This document shows, in pieces, positions 40,938 through 52,200 of a DNA stretch of 64,000 nt. The notes beneath the pieces were generated by a model. It was not told the DNA's origin, searched no databases, and was given only the letters and a program-made list of their open reading frames with translations. The stretch is from positions 1,430,529-1,494,528 of the forward strand of contig NZ_CP107030.1 of NCBI RefSeq assembly GCF_027474825.1, read 5' to 3'. The position numbers and the translations under genes were made by a program. Source of the DNA: Maribacter halichondriae (GTDB lineage: Bacteria > Bacteroidota > Bacteroidia > Flavobacteriales > Flavobacteriaceae). The first letter of the stretch is position 1. Each line of letters begins with the position of its first letter.

Positions 40938-42725
40938 ATGAAAAATAGAATTTTGATTTCGTTTTCACTTCTTTTTTGCATTACAGCATTCGCCCAGACG
41001 AGCTACGAGATATCGTTTGAGAATGCCGTACACCACGAGGCAAAGATTAATGCTGTTTTTTCCAATATTTCTTCGGACACACTCACTGTTCGAATGGCTC
41101 GATCATCACCAGGAAGATATGCGATCCATGAATTTGCTAAGAATGTGTATGGTTTTAAAGCGACCGACAGTAAGGGAAATAAGCTAAGAATAAATCGCAA
41201 AGACCCTTATTCCTGGCAATTGAACAGCCACGATGGTACGGTCAAAATCACCTATACCCTTTTCGCAGATCGCGGCGATGGTACTTATGCTCAAGTTGAC
41301 GAGACCCATGCCCATTTGAATATTCCTGCGACCTTTATGTATGCGCCTGAATTGGCAGAGAAAGAAATTACCGTTGATTTTATGGTTCGCAAAGATTTGA
41401 ATTGGAAGGTCGCCACCCAGTTACCTTTGGTTTCAGGTACTACCTACAGTGCGCCAAATCTGCAATACTTTATGGATAGCCCTACCGAAATCAGTGACTT
41501 TACCTTAAGGAAATACGAAGTTAACGGACAGCAAATACAGATGGCCCTTCACCATAATGGTACCGATGAAGAAGCGGATGCCTATTTTGAAAAAGTCAAG
41601 AAAACCATACTGGAAGAAAAAGAGGTCTATGGCGAACTCCCCGATTTCGATTATGGCACCTACACTTTTTTGGCGTGCTATATTCCCAATGCGTCGGGTG
41701 ACGGTATGGAGCATCGAAATTCAACCATATTGACCAGTACCCGTAGTCTGGCCGACGGAGGAATGGACCGAAATATCGGAACGGTTTCGCACGAATTTTT
41801 TCATGCCTGGAACGTGGAACGCATCCGCCCAAAAAGTTTGGAACCTTTTGATTTTTCCAAGGCGAATATGAGCGGGGCGTTATGGTTTGCGGAGGGCTTT
41901 ACCAGTTATTACACCAATTTGATCTTGTGTAGAGCAGGACTCATTTCTCAAGAAAACTATGTGGAAGGACTTGCCGGAACCTTTAATTACGTTTGGAACT
42001 CCCCCGGGAGGGAATTTTTCAACCCCATCGAGATGAGCTATCAAGCACCATTTGTAGATGCGGCGACCTCGGTAGATCCGGTGAATCGGGGCAATACCTT
42101 TATATCGTATTATTCCTATGGAAGTGTTTTGGGTCTGGCGCTGGACCTTTCACTACGCCAGAAGAATCTTAATTTGGATGATTATATGAAATTGGTATGG
42201 CAGACTTATGGAAAGAAGGAGTTACCATACACCATTCAAGACTCACATAAGACGTTGAACAAATATGCGGGAAAGGCCTTCGGCGATGCTTTTTTCAATT
42301 TGTATATCTACAAAAGCGAAATGCCCGATTACAAAACGCTTTTTGAATCTGTAGGCGTTGTTCTGAACCAGGATTTGGATGTCCCATATTTTGGGGTCAA
42401 CGCGGAGTTGGATGGTGATGGCAATGGAGAAATCAACGACTATCCTAAAATAGGAAGTCCTGCGTACAAAGCGGGACTGACCTCTGGGGATATTATTACG
42501 GCTATTAATGACACACCATACCCCGACGGGATGCGATTTAACGAATTTATAAAACAGTTCAAGGTCGGAGCTAATTTGAAAATCTATTATATACGATACG
42601 GTGTGCCAAAAACCATAGTTGTTACCTTGGAAGCCGACCCTTCGTATTCTATTGATTTAGTCGAAAAAACAGAACAAAATCCGACGGAAAAAATCTTGGC
42701 CCAAAGAAATAAATGGCTTCAATAG
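40938..42725 (+). CDS. M61 family glycyl aminopeptidase with a C-terminal PDZ domain
   Basis: HEFFHAWN zinc motif. Signal peptide. PDZ-like C-terminal region. Confidence 0.8.
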   Translation: MKNRILISFSLLFCITAFAQTSYEISFENAVHHEAKINAVFSNISSDTLTVRMARSSPGRYAIHEFAKNVYGFKATDSKGNKLRINRKDPYSWQLNSHDGTVKITYTLFADRGDGTYAQVDETHAHLNIPATFMYAPELAEKEITVDFMVRKDLNWKVATQLPLVSGTTYSAPNLQYFMDSPTEISDFTLRKYEVNGQQIQMALHHNGTDEEADAYFEKVKKTILEEKEVYGELPDFDYGTYTFLACYIPNASGDGMEHRNSTILTSTRSLADGGMDRNIGTVSHEFFHAWNVERIRPKSLEPFDFSKANMSGALWFAEGFTSYYTNLILCRAGLISQENYVEGLAGTFNYVWNSPGREFFNPIEMSYQAPFVDAATSVDPVNRGNTFISYYSYGSVLGLALDLSLRQKNLNLDDYMKLVWQTYGKKELPYTIQDSHKTLNKYAGKAFGDAFFNLYIYKSEMPDYKTLFESVGVVLNQDLDVPYFGVNAELDGDGNGEINDYPKIGSPAYKAGLTSGDIITAINDTPYPDGMRFNEFIKQFKVGANLKIYYIRYGVPKTIVVTLEADPSYSIDLVEKTEQNPTEKILAQRNKWLQ

Positions 42726-42799
42726 TTTCAAATTTATTGGCCATAAACGTACCGCTGGACTAGCAGGTCTCCATTTCGATGGACATCATCTAAAATTGA

Positions 42800-43291
42800 T
42801 TATTTTGGAACCATATCTTCAACCCTTTTCCATTTGTAGTTATTCGGTTCGGTAGCATCCAGTAAATCTACGTGCAACAATTTAGCCACCGATACTCCCA
42901 TTTCAAAAACAGAAGCCAAATCGGAATTTTCATAAATTTTGAAATGTCTGTTTTTTTGATACCAAAGGTTGGTTTCAAAAATATATTCACCGTCCTCTTT
43001 TGGTTGTTTAAATACTGAAACGTAATCAATTTTGGGTAAGTTTTTCCATTTACCCCATTTAATCGGGCCGACACAGTATTGTTCCTTATACTTATTTTGA
43101 GTTAAATCGAAAAAAACATCCTTTACAACTGAAAAGGCAAGAGCACTCGGAAGTAAAACTAAAGCCGCTTCGAGTAAACTTAGACTGCCTTTTAGTTTTT
43201 TGGTCTCAGAGGTAAACTCAAAATTGGCAAAGAAAAAAATAGCAAACTTAAAATCGCCGTGTAATGTATAGCCGCAATTATACGTTGCCAT
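42800..43291 (-). CDS. Hypothetical protein
   Basis: 163-aa ORF with no recognisable motif. Confidence 0.35.
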   Translation of the reverse strand: MATYNCGYTLHGDFKFAIFFFANFEFTSETKKLKGSLSLLEAALVLLPSALAFSVVKDVFFDLTQNKYKEQYCVGPIKWGKWKNLPKIDYVSVFKQPKEDGEYIFETNLWYQKNRHFKIYENSDLASVFEMGVSVAKLLHVDLLDATEPNNYKWKRVEDMVPK

Positions 43292-43398
43292 AACGGTCTA
43301 TTACCTTCTGAAATGATAATATTCTTGGTATGCATCACCCTTAAAACGAAAAAAACCATACGAATTGTATGGTTTTAAACTCTTTTTGACTTCAATCT

Positions 43399-43677
43399 CT
43401 AATCCGCCAATACAATCACTTTATTATCTTTCATCTCGATAGTGCCGCTACTGATATGGAGTACCGTTCTTCCATCGGGGTCTTTTGAAAATTTTGATGC
43501 GTAGTCCTCCTCGATATCCATATCGCCATCGACCCGTACCTTACCCTCTTGTAATAAGGAAACAATGGGTGCGTGATTGTTCAACATTTGAAACTCTCCG
43601 TTGATACCCGGTACACTGACCGAAGTGACTTCTCCTGAAAATAATGTGGCTTCTGGGGATACGATTTCTAGATACAT
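43399..43677 (-). CDS. atpC: F0F1 ATP synthase subunit epsilon
   Basis: 92 aa, MYLEIVSPE... Follows atpD. Confidence 0.9.
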   Translation of the reverse strand: MYLEIVSPEATLFSGEVTSVSVPGINGEFQMLNNHAPIVSLLQEGKVRVDGDMDIEEDYASKFSKDPDGRTVLHISSGTIEMKDNKVIVLAD

Positions 43678-43824
43678 ACTTTTTGGTAGTTACGGAACTT
43701 GTTTTCTGGAGTTAACAATGCGTATGACTTCCAAAAAACAAATTCCAAATTTCAAGCACCAAATTCCAAAACTTCTTATTGGAATTTGGAATTTTTTTAT
43801 TAGAATTTTCCGAGCTCCGCTCGG

Positions 43825-45363
<1,539 letters not shown>

Positions 45364-45459
45364 TTATTTCGGAAATCGCGCTAGCGAACCTTTGTTTTTC
45401 AGGGTGCAAAGATATTGTTTTCGGTTTGATTTGAAAACTACTTTCACTTCTTTTTTGAC

Positions 45460-45495
45460 ATAAAAAATGCCCTTATAAAAAGGGCATTTTTTATT
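45460..45495. terminator. Rho-independent terminator (bidirectional) after the SGNH lipoprotein gene
   Basis: AAAAAATGCCCTT-ATAAAA-AGGGCATTTTTT. Confidence 0.7.
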
Positions 45496-45510
45496 ATATG
45501 TCTATTCCTT

Positions 45511-47166
45511 TTATTGCAAAGCGGGAGAATAATTCGTAGGGGAATCACCAATATTCAATAAAGACCCTGACAACTCGAAATTAGATCCATAGGTCGCATC
45601 GATAGCCTTCATGAATTGATTGGCGATCAAAGCATAGCCTCTAGCCGTAGGGTGTACTCCATCTAAGGAAAATCCACCACCTGTTACCAAATTGGCCGTC
45701 AAAGTAAAATCTCCATCGGTAACACCACCGGCTGCCAACTGCTGCAGTAGTGTATTCGCATCAACAAAAGCGAGTCCGGCACCAGAGGCGGCAGTTGCGA
45801 TGGTTGCATTAAAACTATCAATGGCCGTTTTGATTTCGGCCTGCTCAGTAGGCAGCAAGACCCATTTATCGACCAACGGAAAGGTAATACCCTCCACGGA
45901 AAACTGCCCGGCAAGTTCTTGGGACAGTCCTTGTGCTATTAAGGCCGCTACAGCGTCTGTATTGACCGTGCCAATAACAGATGAACTTGGCAGAACAAAT
46001 AAATCATCTTCAGTCGCCTCTCTTGTTTGCCCATACGTACTGCCCAATAAACCCGCAACAAGCGGTGCCGCCTCGACAGGTAATCCAAAAGATTGCACAA
46101 AGGCCGGGAATGCCGGACTCGCGCCTAATACTCCGGCAATTTGTGCCGAGAGATCGGTCAAGGTCTCATCCCTTATTACAACTTCACTTGCAGCAGTGGA
46201 TGAAAACTCTATGGCACGTTCTGGTACGCCCAAAAAGTCGTAAACCTGATTCAATTGACCGAAAATTCCATTCAATGTTGGAATCAATGGCCCAAAAGAT
46301 GGGTTAGTAGGATCCAACGGGTTATGAGGCACTGTGGTGAAATGAGGAATCGAGGTAACATACGGAATATTGGCCACGGCACCTTTTGCGCCACCACCTG
46401 CCAAAGTCGCAATCAATGCGCCATAGGTCTGGTCAAAACCAACTCCTGGTGGGCCATCGCCCGGGGTTATTGGGTTTGTTCCATCTCCGCCTGAAAGTGC
46501 ATATCCTAGGACGTCATTATTGCCGATCCACAATGTAAAGAAGGTCGGTGATTGCGCCATAGCCAATTCCAAAACACTTGCATCTGGTGTCGAACCCGTC
46601 ATTCTTACAAAATACGGATTGGCCAGACCCAAGGAGACGTTCCCCAGATTGCCATACCCAGGTGCGAGCAAATGAAAGCTTTTCGCCCCGGGCACTCCCA
46701 TATTATTGAAAGGACCCGCTGGATTATTCAATGCAATGTCCGTAGTAGGCGCAACCGGCCCTATTACATCGGACAAAGGAACCGGACCCGCGCCGCCAAA
46801 CACCAATCTGGGATTGAAACCCGGTAATTGGGTTCCCCCAGCTAGTAGTCCGCCGATATTATCATTCGTGAACGGAATCGAAAAAGCGCCTCCACCTGCT
46901 ATGGCAAATTTGGTCGACAACATATTCGGAAATGAATTTTGTTGCCCGGCCACGAACAAGGCGTTATCTGTAAAGCCCGCGGTCAATGAATTGCCCAAAG
47001 CAACATAGGTTGAAAAATCGGCAGAGCCCGAAGTCAAGCGAATCGGTTCCTCCATTTCGACCATCATTCTTTCCGGAATCACATCTTCCGGATCATTACA
47101 TGCCGTAAATCCGATAAATACGGCTAGCAACGCTATATATTTCATTTTCATAATTTTCATTTTCAA
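45511..47166 (-). CDS. SGNH/GDSL-like hydrolase lipoprotein
   Basis: Lipobox GFTAC. Block I VALGNSLTAGF, block III WIGNNDVL, block V LDGVHPT. Confidence 0.6.
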   Translation of the reverse strand: MKMKIMKMKYIALLAVFIGFTACNDPEDVIPERMMVEMEEPIRLTSGSADFSTYVALGNSLTAGFTDNALFVAGQQNSFPNMLSTKFAIAGGGAFSIPFTNDNIGGLLAGGTQLPGFNPRLVFGGAGPVPLSDVIGPVAPTTDIALNNPAGPFNNMGVPGAKSFHLLAPGYGNLGNVSLGLANPYFVRMTGSTPDASVLELAMAQSPTFFTLWIGNNDVLGYALSGGDGTNPITPGDGPPGVGFDQTYGALIATLAGGGAKGAVANIPYVTSIPHFTTVPHNPLDPTNPSFGPLIPTLNGIFGQLNQVYDFLGVPERAIEFSSTAASEVVIRDETLTDLSAQIAGVLGASPAFPAFVQSFGLPVEAAPLVAGLLGSTYGQTREATEDDLFVLPSSSVIGTVNTDAVAALIAQGLSQELAGQFSVEGITFPLVDKWVLLPTEQAEIKTAIDSFNATIATAASGAGLAFVDANTLLQQLAAGGVTDGDFTLTANLVTGGGFSLDGVHPTARGYALIANQFMKAIDATYGSNFELSGSLLNIGDSPTNYSPALQ

Positions 47167-47171
47167 AAAGA

Positions 47172-49976
47172 TTATAAATTATTGATTGTCAGACCTACGT
47201 AGTACATCGATCCAATAAAGCCTGTTCCGAATGCGGTAAAGTATTCGTCTCCTAAAAGATTGGTGCCACCGACTTTTAGGGTAGATTTTAAACTGGGAAT
47301 GGTCAAATTAAGCTGGGCATCAAGGACATGGAATTCCGGCACTACCCCTTGACCAAAGGTAGCCTCCCAAAAGTAATCATCGCTAAAACGATAATTTACG
47401 TTGAAGCCAAAATTCTTGAACAATGCTTCATTACCAAAAGAGGCCTTGAATTTATGCTCAGGGGTATTGAAGTTCGACATAAAATCAGGATTAGCCGCTT
47501 GGTCAAAATCTTGCTTGGTGAACGTATAGCTTCCGCCCAAATCAAAATTACCAAGAACTTTCGCCGTCAACCCAATTGAAGCACCATAAGAACTGATATC
47601 AACATCTGAATTGGTGTAGGCACCATACCTTCTGAAATCACCATTGGATATCGCTTGAACAGATAGGGAATTATCACCTACTACCCCATACAAGGGCGCC
47701 ACTACAACTTCTTGAGAAATAAAATCTTTATAATTATTGTAATACGCACTAAAATCTATGACCAGTTTATCGATTTTACCCCGATATCCGACCTCATAAG
47801 AAGTCACTTGTTCAGGTTTAACAATATTAGGGTTTGCAATCTGTAGCGATGCCGGGTTTCCGGTTTCCCTTAATTCATTAAAAGAACTAAGCGAGTAAGA
47901 ATTCTCGTAAGCCGCTCTGCCCAATTGCACAAGAGACGCTGGCTGACCTAATAACTGACCTCGCGCACTTACATCGTAGGGCCTGGAATATCGATCCAAG
48001 TTATCGGGTGCCGATCCGATTAAAATATCCCTTCCTGTAAACAAACCGATAAAAAGGTCTTGTGTGGTAGGGTTTCTAAAACCTGTTTGAACTGACGCTC
48101 TTATGTTGTGATCCCGATTAAGGGTAAACCCAGCAGAAGCTCTGGGTGAAAAGAATCCGTCAAAAAATTCGGATTTATCGTAGCGCACAGAACCCGTTAA
48201 TTTTAAGCTTTTCTCCCCAGCTAGTTCAATTTTCTTTTGGATCTGGGTGTAAACACCAAATTCGTTATAATCGATAGGGCCATCAAAATCGGTATAAATA
48301 GTTCCAAAAGAGTTCAGGCTATATTGTCTAAAAGAGCCTCCAACCTGGATTTCGGCAAAATCGATTAGATGGCTGAAGTTATAATTTGCATCGGCATGAT
48401 AATATTTAGAAGCATCCCTAAACTGAGAGCCTGAAAGAAGATCTGGGTCTTTGATCACTTGGTTAAAGGCACTCTGAAACTCAGGTGTTCCAGGTAAAAA
48501 ACGACCTGATTCTGCTTGAGCTCTGGCAGCAGCATGTGCTTGAGCGTCCGTGGCCCCACCTAAAGTAGCCTGTACATATGTGCCGGCGTACTCACCAAAC
48601 CAAGTTCTGTCATCTTTCCAGACCCTGTTTATATTGATTGCGGTAGCAACCATGTCATAAGAATCGCCTGCTTTATCACCAACTAGGTAGCCTCTTAGAA
48701 AGAAATTATCATTCTTAATTTCTAGTTTATGCTGTTCTTGAAAAAATCCATTGATATTATAACGGTTAGTTCCCTGGTAAATCGTGGAACCGGTACCTAC
48801 TTTACCTACATATGACAATTCTAGACTATTGTCTTCAATTGGCCTGTAGTATAATCCCCAATCCGCTTTTATACTTTCTGCATTATAATTGGTCAATTCT
48901 CGTTCATCGTATCCCGTTCTACTAACGATTACAGAAGGCACCAAAGCATTGGCCCCTGCGGGCAATATTCCTGCACCTTCCAGCAACACGGCGACATCAT
49001 TGATATTATTTGACACTTCATCACCATATACGTTGATACCATTATAGTCTATATCATTAGCTCTTGTGCTACCAAGTATTCCAAAATTGTTTTCATCCAA
49101 GCCTTCTATATTGTTTGCGGCCCAATCCGTTCCTTTTAGGTAGCCAAAATTCACTTTGACAGCGAATTTATCGCTAAACTTATGGGCGGCCCTGATACCA
49201 AAATCAGTATAGGAATTGTCGCCCGCAGCTTCTTGCGAAGTGATACCTTGTTTTATGGAAACGCTTATGCCCTGATAGTCGAAGGGACTTTTACTGCGCA
49301 TAAAGAGAATACCGTTAAAGGCGTTGGCACCATAAAGTGCCGAAGAAGCCCCTGGAAGCAATTCTACACTTTGCACATCTGTTTCAACCATACCGACCAA
49401 GTTTCCTATAGGGAAGTTCAAAGCCGGAGTGGAGTTATCCATTCCGTCGACCAGTTGCATAAACCTGGTATTCGCAAAAGTTGCAAAACCTCTGGTGTTA
49501 ACGGATTGAAATGTCAAACTATTCGTATTGACATCCACTCCTTTTAAGTTCTCCAAACCTCCATAAAATGACGCCGAGGAGGTGTTCTTTATTTCTTGAA
49601 GTCCGAAGCGCTCCACCGTAACCGGAGATTCGAAAATACGTTCGGGAGTTCTCGAGGCCGAAATGACCACCTCATCCAAGAATGTTTCGGCTTCTGAAAG
49701 CACGATATTCACCGTTTGGTTATTAGAGGTGATTTCTTCAGAAGTATCCGAATAGCCTAAACTTGTAATCAATAAAGTAAAGGGTGGTGTTTCAGAAGTT
49801 TCAAGAACGAAATTCCCATCAAAATCGGAAACCGTGCCTATCGCCTTGCCGTCAATTACAATGTTGGCACCGGGGACAGCTTCATTGTTCTGATCTACAA
49901 CGGATCCGGTCACCGTCGTTTGCGCAAATGCAAATACCCCCAGCAACAGCAGAGGGATTAAAAATACTGTTCGCAT
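47172..49976 (-). CDS. TonB-dependent outer-membrane receptor with an N-terminal carboxypeptidase-regulatory-like domain
   Basis: 934 aa. Signal peptide. The plug domain starts at EVVISASRTPERIFESPVTVERF. C-terminal aromatic residue. Confidence 0.85.
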   Translation of the reverse strand: MRTVFLIPLLLLGVFAFAQTTVTGSVVDQNNEAVPGANIVIDGKAIGTVSDFDGNFVLETSETPPFTLLITSLGYSDTSEEITSNNQTVNIVLSEAETFLDEVVISASRTPERIFESPVTVERFGLQEIKNTSSASFYGGLENLKGVDVNTNSLTFQSVNTRGFATFANTRFMQLVDGMDNSTPALNFPIGNLVGMVETDVQSVELLPGASSALYGANAFNGILFMRSKSPFDYQGISVSIKQGITSQEAAGDNSYTDFGIRAAHKFSDKFAVKVNFGYLKGTDWAANNIEGLDENNFGILGSTRANDIDYNGINVYGDEVSNNINDVAVLLEGAGILPAGANALVPSVIVSRTGYDERELTNYNAESIKADWGLYYRPIEDNSLELSYVGKVGTGSTIYQGTNRYNINGFFQEQHKLEIKNDNFFLRGYLVGDKAGDSYDMVATAININRVWKDDRTWFGEYAGTYVQATLGGATDAQAHAAARAQAESGRFLPGTPEFQSAFNQVIKDPDLLSGSQFRDASKYYHADANYNFSHLIDFAEIQVGGSFRQYSLNSFGTIYTDFDGPIDYNEFGVYTQIQKKIELAGEKSLKLTGSVRYDKSEFFDGFFSPRASAGFTLNRDHNIRASVQTGFRNPTTQDLFIGLFTGRDILIGSAPDNLDRYSRPYDVSARGQLLGQPASLVQLGRAAYENSYSLSSFNELRETGNPASLQIANPNIVKPEQVTSYEVGYRGKIDKLVIDFSAYYNNYKDFISQEVVVAPLYGVVGDNSLSVQAISNGDFRRYGAYTNSDVDISSYGASIGLTAKVLGNFDLGGSYTFTKQDFDQAANPDFMSNFNTPEHKFKASFGNEALFKNFGFNVNYRFSDDYFWEATFGQGVVPEFHVLDAQLNLTIPSLKSTLKVGGTNLLGDEYFTAFGTGFIGSMYYVGLTINNL

Positions 49977-50111
49977 GTTATGTTTGAGTTAAATTAGTTA
50001 CCAAGTCACTGGCAAGATACCTTTTTTTCATTTCGAATATCATAAAATGAAAAAAATTATGCATGCATAGTATATTTTTAAGAAATTGTAGGGGCGAAAA
50101 TTCTTGATTCC

Positions 50112-50152
50112 ATAAAAAAGGCCCCTGAAATTGGATTTCAGGGGCCTTTTAC
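50112..50152 (-). terminator. Rho-independent terminator after glmS
   Basis: 15-bp stem AAAAGGCCCCTGAAAT/ATTTCAGGGGCCTTTT with a T-run on the minus strand. Confidence 0.7.
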
Positions 50153-50170
50153 AAATTTTATTTCGTTGGA

Positions 50171-52018
50171 TTATTCCACGGTAACAGACTTCGCTAAATT
50201 TCGGGGTTGGTCAACATTACAACCCCTCATTACCGCAATATGATAGGATAATAACTGTAAGGGAATCGTTGTTAACAAAGGTGTAAGACTTTCGAACGTT
50301 TCCGGAACTTCAATAACATGGTCGGCAAGATCCGTAACCTGCTCATCGCCTTCGGTGACAATGGCGATAATCTTTCCTTTTCTAGATTTGATCTCTTGAA
50401 TGTTACTGACAACCTTTTCGTAATGCCCTTTCTTTGTGGCAATTACAAATACAGGCATTTGTTCATCAATCAAGGCAATCGGACCGTGTTTCATTTCGGC
50501 CGCAGGATAGCCCTCTGCATGAATGTAACTGATTTCCTTTAGCTTCAATGCACCTTCCAAGGCCACCGGAAAATTATAGCCCCTTCCTAAATAGAGACAG
50601 TTGGTAGAGTCTTTATAGACTTCGGCTATGATCTCGACCAACGGATTGGTCAACAAAGCCTTTTCTACTTTTGCGGGAATGGTCTCCAATTCGGTCAAGA
50701 ATTCATGGAATTTCGAATCGGAGAAAACACCTTTCTCCTTCGCCAACTTTAAAGCCACAAGGGTCAATACCGTAATTTGAGTAGTAAATGCCTTTGTAGA
50801 GGCAACGCCGATTTCTGGCCCGGCATGGGTGTAGGCACCTGCATCGGTTTCACGCGCAATTGACGAACCTACGACATTGCATACTCCAAAAACGAAAGCC
50901 CCTTTTTCTTTGGCCAATTTTATAGCAGCCAAGGTATCGGCTGTTTCACCAGATTGCGAAATGGCAATCAATACATCTTTATCGGTGATGACCGGGTTTC
51001 GATAACGAAACTCAGAAGCATATTCGACTTCGACCGGTATGCGCGCCAAATCTTCAAAAATATATTCGGCTACCAATCCGGCGTGCCATGAGGTTCCGCA
51101 AGCAACAATAATAATGCGCTGTGCGTTCATGAATTTCTCCAAATGCTGATCGATGCCCGCCATACGAATGATGCCCTGGTCGGCCAATAGACGGCCACGA
51201 TAGGTATCTAAAATCGCACGCGGTTGCTCATAAATTTCCTTGAGCATGAAATGATCATAACCCCCTTTTTCAATTTCTTCCAGATTCATCTTAAGCTCCA
51301 AGATATTCGGATAGGCTATGGCGTCATCTTTGATCTTACGCAATTTGATTTCCTTGCCCAATCTCACGATGGCCATTTCTTCATCTTCAAGATATATGGC
51401 ATTGTTCGTGAATTCTATAAAAGGTGAGGCATCGGAGGCAATGAAAAATTCATTTTCACCAACTCCGATAGCCAAGGGACTACCTAATTTTGCAACCACT
51501 ATCTCGTCAGGTTTTTGTTTATCAAAAACGGCAATGGCATATGCTCCGACGACTTGATTCAGCGCAATCTGGACAGCCTTGCCCAGTTTGACGTCTTCAG
51601 TTTTTTTGACCTCCTCGATTAGATTTACCAATACTTCCGTATCTGTATCAGAATGGAAAATATACCCTCTTTTGGTCAACTCTTTCTTTATGGACTCGTA
51701 GTTTTCAATAATTCCGTTGTGAATGATTACCAAATCCCCAGAATTCGAATAATGCGGATGCGAATTTACATCGTTTGGAACACCATGGGTCGCCCAACGC
51801 GTGTGCCCGATACCCAACGTACCTTTTAAGGAAATGCTCTTCTCCGATTTGCCTATCAAATCTTCTACTTTGCCCTTGGTCTTGGAAAGATTAATTTGAC
51901 TACCATCGTACAGTGCTACACCGGCGCTGTCATAGCCCCGATATTCAAGACGCTGTAATCCTTTTATAATTATGGGATAGGCATCGCGATGCCCAATATA
52001 ACCTACTATTCCACACAT
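50171..52018 (-). CDS. glmS: Glutamine--fructose-6-phosphate aminotransferase
   Basis: MCGIVGY N-terminal nucleophile. Two SIS domains. 615 aa. Confidence 0.95.
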   Translation of the reverse strand: MCGIVGYIGHRDAYPIIIKGLQRLEYRGYDSAGVALYDGSQINLSKTKGKVEDLIGKSEKSISLKGTLGIGHTRWATHGVPNDVNSHPHYSNSGDLVIIHNGIIENYESIKKELTKRGYIFHSDTDTEVLVNLIEEVKKTEDVKLGKAVQIALNQVVGAYAIAVFDKQKPDEIVVAKLGSPLAIGVGENEFFIASDASPFIEFTNNAIYLEDEEMAIVRLGKEIKLRKIKDDAIAYPNILELKMNLEEIEKGGYDHFMLKEIYEQPRAILDTYRGRLLADQGIIRMAGIDQHLEKFMNAQRIIIVACGTSWHAGLVAEYIFEDLARIPVEVEYASEFRYRNPVITDKDVLIAISQSGETADTLAAIKLAKEKGAFVFGVCNVVGSSIARETDAGAYTHAGPEIGVASTKAFTTQITVLTLVALKLAKEKGVFSDSKFHEFLTELETIPAKVEKALLTNPLVEIIAEVYKDSTNCLYLGRGYNFPVALEGALKLKEISYIHAEGYPAAEMKHGPIALIDEQMPVFVIATKKGHYEKVVSNIQEIKSRKGKIIAIVTEGDEQVTDLADHVIEVPETFESLTPLLTTIPLQLLSYHIAVMRGCNVDQPRNLAKSVTVE

Positions 52019-52200
52019 ATGCTATTATTTCTTTTTTGGTTGGCTCATGGAAGGTAAAAGTAAAACTATCAAAGCCAACCCTCTTAAACTTGGATATAAA
52101 ACGTAGAATTTCTGCAAGTGGTATGCCAATTTGAAAATACTTTTGTAAAATCTTCGGAAGACCTTTCCATATACCTTTTGAACTACAAGAAAAAATGGAT

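Noticed and set aside
52019-52200. Possible glmS ribozyme upstream of glmS
   Set aside because: No glmS-ribozyme core elements are present, and this class is not expected in Bacteroidetes.
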